Part shown: one piece after another, positions 39,239-48,791 of the stretch
Layout: each line of letters begins with the position of its first letter
How positions within the stretch are numbered: position 1 is the stretch's first letter
NCBI GenBank assembly: GCA_963758525.1
Contig: CAVWVQ010000003.1
Location: 800,001-864,000 of the forward strand
Origin: an uncultured Phycisphaerales bacterium
GTDB lineage: Bacteria > Planctomycetota > Phycisphaerae > Tepidisphaerales > Tepidisphaeraceae
Length of the DNA stretch: 64,000 nucleotides
Direction: 5' to 3'
Program-made: the position numbers and the translations under genes
The notes under the pieces: model-generated
Databases searched by the model: none
Told to the model about the DNA's origin: nothing
What the model saw: only the letters and a program-made list of their open reading frames with translations

Positions 39239-41089
39239 TCAGCGAAACAAAAGCAATAAAGCGCCATAGGCCGCCATTCCGAAGGTAAACCAGGCGACGT
39301 AATCACCCACGTTTCCGCTTTGCAGCTTCCGCAAAGGCCGCATCGCTGCAATCAAGCCGCGGCCGAGCATCCAGTTTAATCGGGTTCCGAAGAGCCCGGG
39401 AAATAACGCCATCGCGGCGACAACGAATGGCGTTAGAAGAGCAACGGCACTGTCCATTCGAAATTCTGCTCGTTGAACACCGGGACTGGATCGCGGAATA
39501 TCCGTTGTGCCGTCGAGAACGGCGGCAGTGATGCTTTTCGATTGCTGAAAATGATCGGCGGCCCTCTGTACATCCGTTCTCGCTGTTTGTGGAATCGCCA
39601 CGAGACCTGCCAGGCCCAGAAGTGCAACGGCAGGCAGCCACATAAACGGCGGTGTTTTGTTGTGCTGGCCCGCGGTTTCGGTGTTCATGGGAATGTGCGG
39701 CGAACCTCGGCTGGTCGCTTCTTGCCGCGCTCCCCAGCCGAAGAAGACTCGGGCGGTAAATCGCAGAACCGCGCCGGCGGTCAGCGACCCGGCGATGATC
39801 GCGACCGGAGACAGCCAGCGTAGATGCAACCTCATTTGTGCCTGATGAATCTGCGACTGGCCGTAAAATGTGGCAAATGGCGGGGCGCCAGCCAGGGCGA
39901 GTGCCGCCACTATCAGAATCGGCGCCACGAACATCGGGCTTCCAACGCAGCGGCGCAGGTCGTATTCATCCACGCTGCCGCAGCGGTGCAGGAGAATGCC
40001 GGCACTTAAAAAAAGAGCTCCTTTGATCATGCCGTGACCGACGAGATAGACCGCCGTACCGCTCAGCGCCCCTCGATCGAGCATCGCGAATCCGATGACC
40101 ATCAGACCCAGATGGCTAATGGTGCTGAATGCGAGCATTCGCTTGAGGTGCCGTTGACCGAAACAGTAGATCGCTCCAGTGATCGAAGTCGCAGCGCCCA
40201 TCAGCAGGAATACGTCGCGAATCGCGGCCTCTGCAGCTGCGTCCAATGAGGGCGCGAACACAAGCCAGTGCAATCGAGCGATCGCATACAACCCCAGCTC
40301 CACCATCACGCCAGAGAAGAGCACGCACACGGGTGTCGGGGCAACTGCGTGGGCATCCGCGAGCCAGAAGTGAAAGGGCACTACCGCCATCTTCACCAGG
40401 AATCCGGCAATCAGGAACAAGAACGAGATCATTAGAAACGTCACTCCCGGTGGATGCGAAGTCAGGGAGCGGCCCACTTCCGCCATGTTCAGAGAGCCTG
40501 TCTGCGCGTAGAGCAGAGCGACGCCGGCCAGGGAGAGGAATGCGCCAACTGTGTTGACCACGGCAAAGTTCAACGCTCCAAGCAGGGGCCAGCTTTCTTC
40601 GGATTTGTATCCGCACAGACCCACTGCGGCAGCGGTCATCAACTCAAACCAGACGAACAGGTTGAACAGATCGCCCGTCAGGCACAGCCCGCACATGGCA
40701 GCCATAAACGTGAGCATCAGAGCGTGATACAGGGACTTCACTTCTTCGAAATAGCTCCAGGAGAAAGAAAATGCAGCGGTTGACAAGAGAGCGACCATGG
40801 CGGCCAGGCCGGCGCCAATAGGATCGATGACAAAGCAGATTCCAACTGGAAAGTGGCGGGAAGATGCGGGCATCGCGTCGGGATGCCAGTTACCGAACCA
40901 ATAGACCAGGGTTTCATGCGACGACACGTTGGCGAGAAGGCCGCAGAGGACGCACACGGAAGCTGTCGTCAGCAGCGAGACCGCATCGAGCAGCCGCCGC
41001 GGGAGTTGATTACCAACCGCTGCCAGAATTGCGGCGACGACGAGCGGAATAACCACCGGCAGCGGCGCAAGTTGGTTGCTCCAAGGCAT
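39239..41089 (-). CDS. mrpD: MrpD/MbhH-like proton-translocating antiporter subunit
   Basis: TGDLFNLFVWFELM, KMAVVPFHFWLADAH..APTP, HLKRMLAFSTISH, HGMIKGALFL. Confidence 0.88.
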   Translation of the reverse strand: MPWSNQLAPLPVVIPLVVAAILAAVGNQLPRRLLDAVSLLTTASVCVLCGLLANVSSHETLVYWFGNWHPDAMPASSRHFPVGICFVIDPIGAGLAAMVALLSTAAFSFSWSYFEEVKSLYHALMLTFMAAMCGLCLTGDLFNLFVWFELMTAAAVGLCGYKSEESWPLLGALNFAVVNTVGAFLSLAGVALLYAQTGSLNMAEVGRSLTSHPPGVTFLMISFLFLIAGFLVKMAVVPFHFWLADAHAVAPTPVCVLFSGVMVELGLYAIARLHWLVFAPSLDAAAEAAIRDVFLLMGAATSITGAIYCFGQRHLKRMLAFSTISHLGLMVIGFAMLDRGALSGTAVYLVGHGMIKGALFLSAGILLHRCGSVDEYDLRRCVGSPMFVAPILIVAALALAGAPPFATFYGQSQIHQAQMRLHLRWLSPVAIIAGSLTAGAVLRFTARVFFGWGARQEATSRGSPHIPMNTETAGQHNKTPPFMWLPAVALLGLAGLVAIPQTARTDVQRAADHFQQSKSITAAVLDGTTDIPRSSPGVQRAEFRMDSAVALLTPFVVAAMALFPGLFGTRLNWMLGRGLIAAMRPLRKLQSGNVGDYVAWFTFGMAAYGALLLLFR

Positions 41090-41093
41090 CGCA

Positions 41094-41459
41094 TCAGCCT
41101 CGCATGACGTTGATATAGCCAGGATCGGTTGAGCCCGTGCGCTTGTGAATCTTCACGGCAATGGCCAGGAGCAGAGCGACGACAGTCGCCTCCACGACGA
41201 CATCGGTGAGCATCAGCGCCTGAATGACCGGATCGACCGTCGGGCTTCCGGGCTGCACGCCGTCGGTAAAAACGGGCGCCGGCAAATTTGGTCGGTACCC
41301 GATCACTGTCAACAGCACATACGTAGCGGCCTGGACGACGGTCAAACAGAGGCATAGGTGAATCAGATGCCGGCTGGTAACGATGCCGTAAAGCCCCACG
41401 AGGAAAAGCCATGCCGCCACACCAAAACCCACGTAAGTGACGGGATCGTCCATTGGCAT
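41094..41459 (-). CDS. mrpC: MrpC/MnhC subunit
   Basis: LVGLYGIV; DPVIQALMLTDVVV signature. Confidence 0.88.
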   Translation of the reverse strand: MPMDDPVTYVGFGVAAWLFLVGLYGIVTSRHLIHLCLCLTVVQAATYVLLTVIGYRPNLPAPVFTDGVQPGSPTVDPVIQALMLTDVVVEATVVALLLAIAVKIHKRTGSTDPGYINVMRG

Positions 41460-42214
41460 TATTTCTCCTCCTCCATCGTGAGCATCTCCTGCAGAAATGC
41501 ATACAGCAGCAGGACAAACCCCGCTGTCACTTCGATCCCAACCGCCGCGCTGATGAAAGGAATGGTGCCGCCGCTGGTCAGCTCGGTCGCCTTGCCCAGC
41601 GGAAGGATGTTGGTCAGGAACGGTTTTCCCCAGAACCAGGCGAGCATGCCGATGATCACGAACGCTGCCGCTCCGGCAGCCTCGGCAATCTCCACCATTG
41701 GATGGGTCATGATCCGCTTGAATGTCTCAAATTCATGACCCAGATAAATGATTAAAGCAGCCGTGGCGAGAATCACGCCGCCCTGAAACCCACCGCCAGG
41801 CGAGAGCTGTCCGTGGAGGACGATGTAAACGCCGAACGCGATTTTGGGTCCGACCATCGCCAGGATCCATAGCCGCATGGCATCACTGGGCCCCAGGTCG
41901 CGCCCGCGGCTGATTGCATCGGGTAATTGCCTCACTTTTTTCTCATCCGCCTGGCGGAGCAGCACAAGCGAACCCATCACCGACGCAAAAAGGATGAACT
42001 CTTCACCGACAGTATCGAAACCGCGATAGTCGAAGTTCACCGCCGTCACGACATCGGTGATGTTCCGCTCGGAAAAGGTACGGCTGGTGAGGGCGATGCT
42101 ATACCGGTTGCGCAGATCCGCCGGCCCGGGAAGCCGGGTAAAAGCCAGCGTGAACAGGACGGCGATCCCGATCGCACCTGCGAAGAACAGGATCAATCGG
42201 ATGGAGTTGTTCAT
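41459..42214 (-). CDS. mrpB: MrpB/MnhB subunit
   Basis: DVVTAVNFDYRGFDTVGEE and HGQLSPGGGFQGG. Confidence 0.88.
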   Translation of the reverse strand: MNNSIRLILFFAGAIGIAVLFTLAFTRLPGPADLRNRYSIALTSRTFSERNITDVVTAVNFDYRGFDTVGEEFILFASVMGSLVLLRQADEKKVRQLPDAISRGRDLGPSDAMRLWILAMVGPKIAFGVYIVLHGQLSPGGGFQGGVILATAALIIYLGHEFETFKRIMTHPMVEIAEAAGAAAFVIIGMLAWFWGKPFLTNILPLGKATELTSGGTIPFISAAVGIEVTAGFVLLLYAFLQEMLTMEEEK

Positions 42215-42480
42215 CCATTGTCTCGATTCTGCTCTTTGCGCAGTTTGGCATCCCGCCGCAAACTGGCCAGAGCGAGCAGAATCATCAGTGGCAAGCCGAC
42301 CGCCCCGATGACGACTTGCGAGAGCGCCACATCCGGGGCACGGAACGCCATGAACATGATTGCCAGCATCAGCCCGAAAAAGCTGATGCCGATCGGCTGG
42401 CAGAAAACATCTCGCGTCAGCACCACCGCGGTTCCCGCTGCCGCAATGAACAGCAGGATGGCGATCAGGAAGGCGGTCAT
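42211..42480 (-). CDS. DUF4040 (MrpB-associated/MbhD-like) subunit
   Basis: RAPDVALSQVVIG signature; three TM segments. Confidence 0.85.
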   Translation of the reverse strand: MTAFLIAILLFIAAAGTAVVLTRDVFCQPIGISFFGLMLAIMFMAFRAPDVALSQVVIGAVGLPLMILLALASLRRDAKLRKEQNRDNG

Positions 42481-42854
42481 CGATCCTCCGTCCCGGCTCC
42501 GGCGATACCAATCGGCTTTCCGTCCACATTGACCAGCGGCAACTGCTCGTCAGGTTTGGGCGCCCACTGTTCACAACTCCGCATCCGGATGGCGCGAGCC
42601 GTGGCATGACTGAGAGTCGCGTTGGTGAGAAAAAGAATGATGGCGATCAAAACAGCTTTGATTCGCGACTGCCATTGCGGATCCTCGACCCACACCGCCG
42701 CCACGATGAGCGCGATGCCGATCGATGCGATAGGCGACGAAAAATGCAATCGCTGATAGGCATCCCGCACGACCGCCAGACCAATGGCGCACAGCACGCA
42801 CACTGCTGCGGCCAGACCCAGCAGGCTGCCGGTAATGATCGGGTGATGCGCCAT
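42477..42854 (-). CDS. mrpG: MrpG/MnhG subunit
   Basis: RDAYQRLH and LSHATARA. Confidence 0.85.
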   Translation of the reverse strand: MAHHPIITGSLLGLAAAVCVLCAIGLAVVRDAYQRLHFSSPIASIGIALIVAAVWVEDPQWQSRIKAVLIAIILFLTNATLSHATARAIRMRSCEQWAPKPDEQLPLVNVDGKPIGIAGAGTEDR

Positions 42855-42863
42855 GAAGCCCTT

Positions 42864-43115
42864 TCACAGCCAGCGTTGTACAAACCTGGCGAACACCATG
42901 CCCCCACCGAAGCTCAGAAACGCCAGGGTCAGCGGCAGATCAAAAAACGAAGATCGATGAAACCCCTCGGCCAGTAGCAGCAGCTCAATGGTCACCAGCA
43001 GACCCGTCATCTCCAGCCCGACCAATCGATCGTTCAGATCGCCGCGGAAGCAGACAATTCCGCACGGAATCAGAGAGGCCAAAACGACCGCGGCGGTCCA
43101 TAGCCAAAGGTTCAT
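42864..43115 (-). CDS. mrpF: MrpF/MnhF subunit
   Basis: RGDLNDRLVGLE; DLPLTLAFLSFGG..FARF. Confidence 0.85.
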   Translation of the reverse strand: MNLWLWTAAVVLASLIPCGIVCFRGDLNDRLVGLEMTGLLVTIELLLLAEGFHRSSFFDLPLTLAFLSFGGGMVFARFVQRWL

Positions 43116-43648
43116 GGTTCGGCTCCCAGCTTCCTGACCAAGGGCGAGAGCGGGCCGGGGATCAGCTGGTGATAAATCATCAGATCCTGATCTTCTACGA
43201 CGCCGAGCATGATCGAATTCGGCGTAGCGCTGTTGTATGTAATGGCAAGAGCGCGGCGTCCGGCATCGACTGCGAGCCGGTTGTCGCCCGCGTTAAACAC
43301 CACCGCTGCCAGCACACTTGCAGGACCGCGCCTGGCAAACAGCTGCATGGCCAGCGCCTGCAGGATTTTGACGCTGTCGGCCAAGAGGGCCCCAGGCAAT
43401 CGCAAGGCCTGCGCGAGGTCGCGAAGGCGAAATGCAAACCGCGCCCCGGCTGCGGTGGCGAAGACGACCGCTGCCCCCGTCGCTAACCCGGCGACAATAA
43501 CACCCGCGGTTATCTCTCGAAAACCGGAATTGGATGTGAATGCCAGATACAGCCACAGGTTCGACAATCCAGCCGCCCCGCCGATCAACCAACTGTGAGC
43601 CTGACGCATCGGAATGCTCCTCAGAGAAGAATCTACCTGCGGCGTCAT
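43112..43648 (-). CDS. MrpE-like subunit
   Basis: N-terminal TM segments, NSATPNS (TP motif) and MIYHQL; first gene of the E-F-G run. Confidence 0.7.
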   Translation of the reverse strand: MTPQVDSSLRSIPMRQAHSWLIGGAAGLSNLWLYLAFTSNSGFREITAGVIVAGLATGAAVVFATAAGARFAFRLRDLAQALRLPGALLADSVKILQALAMQLFARRGPASVLAAVVFNAGDNRLAVDAGRRALAITYNSATPNSIMLGVVEDQDLMIYHQLIPGPLSPLVRKLGAEP

Positions 43649-43713
43649 GAGCGGTCAGTATGCAAAATGTGGTTCGGCGGGAACGATCTTTCAGTTTTGA
43701 CTTGTAAGAGACT

Positions 43714-44724
43714 TCAGACCGAAGCTTCGGCATTCATGTGAGCCGCATTGGAAATGATTCTGACCGGTGGAATTCCAACAATATCGTAAGTGCTGGAGGC
43801 AATTCCAATTTTCGCCTGGTCAAACGCTTCGATGATATCGCGGCTCATTTGATCCTTCAGTTCCCGCACTCCGTGCGTGGGAGCGATAAATCGGACTGTG
43901 AGCTCGATCCAGTTATCTGTGAGCCGCCAGTAGACTTTCGGGGACACGTCCGGTGAGGCCATGAAGTATTGTTTCGTGAGTTGCTTCATCGCTTCTTCGC
44001 TCATATCGCGGGTTTTGATGGTCTGACGATTGGCAACCTCCAGCAAAATTCGCTCCGCGCGTTTTCGATCATCTTTGTATGAGATGGGCAGCCGCATCTC
44101 TTCCCAAAGATAGGGGAATTCGCGGGTGTAGTTATAAACCGGCTCGTCGAACACCTTGGAATTGGAAACAGTGACGATTCTGCCGGTGTACTGACGCGCG
44201 TGCACCCACATCGCCGGGTCGGCCTCCTGCACTGCCGGCGGCTGGCCCATTTCCATGATGGTCGTCTGCGTGAATCGCAGCGCGACCACATCCCCCCGCA
44301 CGCCACCCATGGTGATACGGTCGCCCACCCCGAATGTCTTTCCCCGCAGGATGACCAGATAACCCGCCATGGCGCTGATTGGCTTTTGCAGCGCGAACGC
44401 GACACCTGCGGTCACTAACCCCATGAATGTCGCCAGCCGGGTTGGATTATCGAACCAGACCGACAGCACACATACCAGGGTCAGAACTGAAAGAATCAGA
44501 CTGATTCCTTGCCGAACCCAGAAGACGACTGTTTCGCTGCGGCGACCTTGGAGGAACAAATTTGCAAGGCTCTTCAGTACCCGATGCAGAACGACCACGC
44601 ACACGACGAAAGTTGCCGTAATGAGCAGCTTGCGACCGTTGTCGGGAGTGAACCCGATCAACTTCGTGCCGAAAAGCTCAACTGCATCGCTTCCGCCTTG
44701 GTGAGGTAGCGTAATCACCGACAT
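43714..44724 (-). CDS. Small-conductance mechanosensitive channel (MscS family)
   Basis: GVAFALQKP, FGVGDRI..GGVRGDV, TVSNSKVF..PVYNYT. Confidence 0.9.
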   Translation of the reverse strand: MSVITLPHQGGSDAVELFGTKLIGFTPDNGRKLLITATFVVCVVVLHRVLKSLANLFLQGRRSETVVFWVRQGISLILSVLTLVCVLSVWFDNPTRLATFMGLVTAGVAFALQKPISAMAGYLVILRGKTFGVGDRITMGGVRGDVVALRFTQTTIMEMGQPPAVQEADPAMWVHARQYTGRIVTVSNSKVFDEPVYNYTREFPYLWEEMRLPISYKDDRKRAERILLEVANRQTIKTRDMSEEAMKQLTKQYFMASPDVSPKVYWRLTDNWIELTVRFIAPTHGVRELKDQMSRDIIEAFDQAKIGIASSTYDIVGIPPVRIISNAAHMNAEASV

Positions 44725-44741
44725 ATTGCATACTCCGCTTA

Positions 44742-44902
44742 GGCGCTGTCTGAAAACCCTAAGCCCTCACGATGGGCCGGATTCGATTCGACAGCGAGGC
44801 GTCGCCCCGCAGTCCGGCTCCGTAGAGCCATCAAGGGGCGGCAACGAAGCAGGCGGATCGAATCCGGCCCACCGTGAGGGCTTAGGGTTTTCAGACAGAG
44901 CC
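44742..44902. mobile_element. MITE-like element (~161 bp) with ~49-bp imperfect terminal inverted repeats, flanked by TA
   Basis: TA|GGCGCTGTCTGAAAACCCTAAGCCCTCAC..GTGAGGGCTTAGGGTTTTCAGACAGAGCC|TA. Confidence 0.75.
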
Positions 44903-46692
44903 TAGTGTGGAACCAGGCTCTGCACCATTCCTTTGACCGCCTGCTTGATGATGCCTGCCTCGTTGGGATCTCCGCGCAGGATCGTCTCCGTAAAATGCTT
45001 TGCCTGCTCAAATGAGATATGAGGCGGGATCGTTGGCGTGTCCGGATCGGTGATCGCTTCCACCACAACCGGTCGATCGCTGGAGAGCGCGCGGTCCCAT
45101 GCGTCGGCAAGCTGCTCCGGTCTTTCCACGCGGATCCCGCGCAAACCGATCGAGTCGGCGAAGGCGGCGTATGGGAAATCGGGCAATTCCTGGCTCGCGG
45201 CAAATTTGATGTCGCCGATCATGATGCGCTGTTCCCAAGTCACCTGGTTCAGATCGCGATTATTCAACACCAGCGTGATCCAGCGCGGGTCGGCCCATTC
45301 CTTCCAGTATTTGGAGACGGTGATGCAGGAGTTCAGGCCGTTCATCTGCATGGCGCCATCGCCGGTGACGGCAATGCAGACGCGGTCGGGAAAACAAAAC
45401 TTCGCACCGACCGCGTAAGGAACCGCGGCCCCCATCGATGCGAGATTTCCGCTGCCGCTGGCCATCATCCCGCGGCGGATCTTCAGATCGCGGGCATACC
45501 AGTTGGCGGTCGTGCCGCTGTCGGCAGAAATAATGCATCGGTCGGGGAGCTTGGGACTCAACTCCCAGAAGACCCGCTCGGGGTTGAGCAAATCGTTGTT
45601 GCCATCGGTATGAGCGCGGCCCTCCACGACTTTCCACCAGTCCTTCACATTTTCAATCACGGTCTTCTGCCATGCGCGGTCCGTCTTTCGCGTGATGAGG
45701 GGGATGAGTGCGGCAAGTGTCTGCCTGGCGTCTCCCTTGAGATTCACGTCCATCGGGTAACGCAGGCTCAGGAGCCGGCCATCGATATCGATCTGCACCG
45801 CTTTCGCCTGTCCTGCCTTTGGATAGAACTCGCCGTACGGAAAACTGCAGCCGACCACCAGGAGCGTGTCGCAATCCTGCATCAGGTCCCAACTCGGCTT
45901 GCTGCCCAGCAAGCCGATGTGGCCCGCGCAGAACGGAACTTCTTCGGGCATGGCGGCTTTCCCAAGCCAGCTCTTGGAAACGCCGGCTCCCAGCAGTTCT
46001 GCGATTTGCAACACTTCATCCTGCGCATCGAGCGCGCCGGCGCCGATGAGCATCGCTACTTTTTTACCTTCGTTGAGGATTTTCGCCGCCGCCGAAAGAT
46101 CGGCCTTGTGGGGGATCATGAATGGCACCGGGCACCCGACGCCGCTCAGCGCGTGATCATGCTTCTGCGGCGGATTGGGAACTGCCGACTCCTCCTGGAT
46201 GTCCTTCGGGAAGATCAGGCATGTCACGGTTCTCTGATCCAGGGCAATGCGGAAGGCGCGATCCACGCAGTGCCGCACCGCGGCCGGGCTCATCACGGTG
46301 ACGCAATATTCGCTGGCAACGTCTTTGAAGAGTGATTGCAGATCGACTTCCTGTTGATACTGGCTTCCGATCGCCGTGGTAGCCGATTGCCCCACGATCG
46401 CGACGACAGGCTGGTGATCCATCTTCGCGTCGTAGAGACCATTGAGCAGATGAATTGCGCCCGGCCCGCTCGTGGCCATGCAGACACCGACCGTCCCGGT
46501 AAACTTGGCGTGCGCCGAGGCCATGAAGGCGCACAGTTCTTCGTGGCGTGCCTGGATAAACCGGGGCCGGTTCTCGTTCTTGCGCAATCCGGCGAGGATG
46601 CCGTTGATCCCGTCTCCGGGAAAAGCGTAAATCCGCTTGACCCCCCATTCCTGCACGCGTTGCATGACGTATTGACCGACGGTGATTGCCAT
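44902..46692 (-). CDS. Thiamine-pyrophosphate-requiring enzyme (pyruvate oxidase/PoxB-like)
   Basis: PGDGING, QARHEE, TSGPGAIHLLNGLYDA and the TPP motif GDGAMQM..LNN. Confidence 0.93.
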   Translation of the reverse strand: MAITVGQYVMQRVQEWGVKRIYAFPGDGINGILAGLRKNENRPRFIQARHEELCAFMASAHAKFTGTVGVCMATSGPGAIHLLNGLYDAKMDHQPVVAIVGQSATTAIGSQYQQEVDLQSLFKDVASEYCVTVMSPAAVRHCVDRAFRIALDQRTVTCLIFPKDIQEESAVPNPPQKHDHALSGVGCPVPFMIPHKADLSAAAKILNEGKKVAMLIGAGALDAQDEVLQIAELLGAGVSKSWLGKAAMPEEVPFCAGHIGLLGSKPSWDLMQDCDTLLVVGCSFPYGEFYPKAGQAKAVQIDIDGRLLSLRYPMDVNLKGDARQTLAALIPLITRKTDRAWQKTVIENVKDWWKVVEGRAHTDGNNDLLNPERVFWELSPKLPDRCIISADSGTTANWYARDLKIRRGMMASGSGNLASMGAAVPYAVGAKFCFPDRVCIAVTGDGAMQMNGLNSCITVSKYWKEWADPRWITLVLNNRDLNQVTWEQRIMIGDIKFAASQELPDFPYAAFADSIGLRGIRVERPEQLADAWDRALSSDRPVVVEAITDPDTPTIPPHISFEQAKHFTETILRGDPNEAGIIKQAVKGMVQSLVPH

Positions 46693-46706
46693 GATGTTGT
46701 TCCTTT

Positions 46707-47180
46707 TCAACAAAGCGAGGTTGCATCCAGTGTGGCCGGGGCGGCGTCCAGATCGATCAAGGGCAGTCCGTACTCCGGTCGAAACGATTTTCGTAAATGA
46801 GCCGGCGATTCGATGACAATCAGCTCGAGCGTCGGTCTCACCCGCCCGCTCTGGAGGTGGCCGCCATGAGCAGTCCCATCCCTTTTTGCGACGCAGATGT
46901 GCGCATGCAGGGCTGGTTTGCCTTTGGATTCGGCGACATCCCCTATGAGGCTGAGGACCTCGATCTGCTCATTGATCTCAATTGGGTGATAAGTCTTTTT
47001 TCCCAGATCAAACCATGCGACGGTCACGCTGGCGAACCCGCCGATGCCCGTGAAATGGGCCGCCTGCAGGTGTTCGGCGGCGGCGAAGTTTCTCAACTCG
47101 GCGATGACTTCATCGTCCGCATCGAAGATCAGGGCCCACTCGCGGCGTCCGCCGATATTGCTGAGCAATTTGGATCTCAT
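46707..47180 (-). CDS. PPC-domain (DUF296) protein
   Basis: FTGIGG, EVLSLIGD, HAH..AHGGHL, VRPTLEL. Confidence 0.88.
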   Translation of the reverse strand: MRSKLLSNIGGRREWALIFDADDEVIAELRNFAAAEHLQAAHFTGIGGFASVTVAWFDLGKKTYHPIEINEQIEVLSLIGDVAESKGKPALHAHICVAKRDGTAHGGHLQSGRVRPTLELIVIESPAHLRKSFRPEYGLPLIDLDAAPATLDATSLC

Positions 47181-47184
47181 TACA

Positions 47185-47769
47185 TCATCCGGTTGAAACC
47201 ATCGCGGTGGGTGATTGATGTCGTAAGCGAAACTCAGGCGCAGGCCCGTGGGTGCGTCCATCGTCGCGGCCTGATTCGCAGAATCGGTCGATCATTCCGA
47301 AGGCCGCGGCTGTCGTGATGCCGTAAACGGCGTGCCGCAACAGTTCGCCCACAACCTCGGGGAAATTACGCCTCCACAGTGGCGGGGTCGAACCTGCTGC
47401 CGACAGCAGAGCGACATTTTCAACGGTGTAGAGGGAGGCGCCCAAAAGAACACCGTTCCCCAAAGCCGACCTGCGAGTTCCCCGGCCGCGCCACATGCCG
47501 TAGAGCGCGCCAAGGAGAGTACCGCAGCTCAACTTTATGATAGTTGCCGCGTGTCGCTCGACAGAATGTGGAAGCCGGTCGGCTGATCCTGCAGCTCGTT
47601 GAACTGCCTGCAGGACCGATCTGCCGGGATCCTCGCAATCGCTGGCAATCGTTCTGGGAGCGTAATGTTGATCGAATGAACGAGCTGCCATCCAACTGCA
47701 CGCTCCAGCCAGTCCGGCAGCAGCTCCGATCGCCAAGGCAGAGACAACACGCGGGTTTAATCGTTTCAT
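47185..47769 (-). CDS. Membrane protein (DUF1440-like)
   Basis: GAAAGLAG, GTLLGALYG, ELLRHAVYG; overlaps the SDR stop. Confidence 0.6.
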   Translation of the reverse strand: MKRLNPRVVSALAIGAAAGLAGACSWMAARSFDQHYAPRTIASDCEDPGRSVLQAVQRAAGSADRLPHSVERHAATIIKLSCGTLLGALYGMWRGRGTRRSALGNGVLLGASLYTVENVALLSAAGSTPPLWRRNFPEVVGELLRHAVYGITTAAAFGMIDRFCESGRDDGRTHGPAPEFRLRHQSPTAMVSTG

Positions 47770-48791
47770 GAAAGCCAACTTTCGCGCGACGTTGGTTTGT
47801 CCTTCAGCAGCATCATTGCGCAAAGTCCCGCTCCGGCGACAATGCCGCCCAGCAGCTTCGCGCGGTTTTCCGTTGCCCACAGTTGCCAGCTGAATCGATG
47901 TGCCAGGCGATCGAACGGACCATGAGCGCCATGGTCTCCCGCAAGGGGCTTCCAGAAATTGTCCTGCTGATCTGGATCGACCTTCTCCGGCAGCATCGAT
48001 CCCTCCCACGCCGCCTTGGCCAGATAGTGATCGAGCATTCCGGGAATCACCTTTTCCCCAAGCGTTGCCTCCACGGTGGTATATCCCACCATGATCTCGC
48101 GTCGATCGTGCTCGGCGGCAAAAAGGATTGCTTCGGCCGCGACCTCGGGTTGAAAAATTGTCCCGGTCGGACGCGCCTTGTGCGGCATTTTGTTCTTCGT
48201 CCACACAAACTGTGTCGTGTTCAACGCCGGCATGTTGACCACCGAAACGCGCACGTTGCTCTTCTGGTGAATCAACTCGCTGCGTATCGATTCGGTGAAT
48301 CCCTGAATGGCGTGCTTGCTGGCGCAGTAGGCGCTTTGCAGGGGAATCGAACGAAACGCCAGCGCCGATCCGACCTGGATGATCACGCCCTGATCCCGCG
48401 GCATCATGCGCTGCAGGGCGCAATAAGTGCCGTGCATGTTGCCCAGAAATGTCACGTCGACGATGTGCCGGAATTCCTCCGGCGACATCCTGATAAACGG
48501 GCTGTACATGGAGACCATCGCGTTGTTGATCCACAGATCGATGGGCCCGAATGCCTTTTCCGCGGCGTCGGCCGCCGCATTGACCTGGTCAAACTGACTC
48601 ACATCGGCCGGAACCACCAAGGCTCGGCCGCCGCGGGATTCAACGTCGCGCCGCGCCCCTTCCAATCCGTCGCGACCGCGTGCCAGAAGCACGACGCAGG
48701 CCCCGCGCTCCGCCAAAAGGCGAACCGTTGCCCTGCCCACGCCCCCCGAAGCGCCCGTCACCACCGCTACTGTTTTTGGTCCTACCAACAT
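47766..48791 (-). CDS. Short-chain dehydrogenase/reductase with a C-terminal hydrophobic tail
   Basis: TGASGGVG, WINNA, YCASK. Confidence 0.92.
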   Translation of the reverse strand: MLVGPKTVAVVTGASGGVGRATVRLLAERGACVVLLARGRDGLEGARRDVESRGGRALVVPADVSQFDQVNAAADAAEKAFGPIDLWINNAMVSMYSPFIRMSPEEFRHIVDVTFLGNMHGTYCALQRMMPRDQGVIIQVGSALAFRSIPLQSAYCASKHAIQGFTESIRSELIHQKSNVRVSVVNMPALNTTQFVWTKNKMPHKARPTGTIFQPEVAAEAILFAAEHDRREIMVGYTTVEATLGEKVIPGMLDHYLAKAAWEGSMLPEKVDPDQQDNFWKPLAGDHGAHGPFDRLAHRFSWQLWATENRAKLLGGIVAGAGLCAMMLLKDKPTSRESWLS

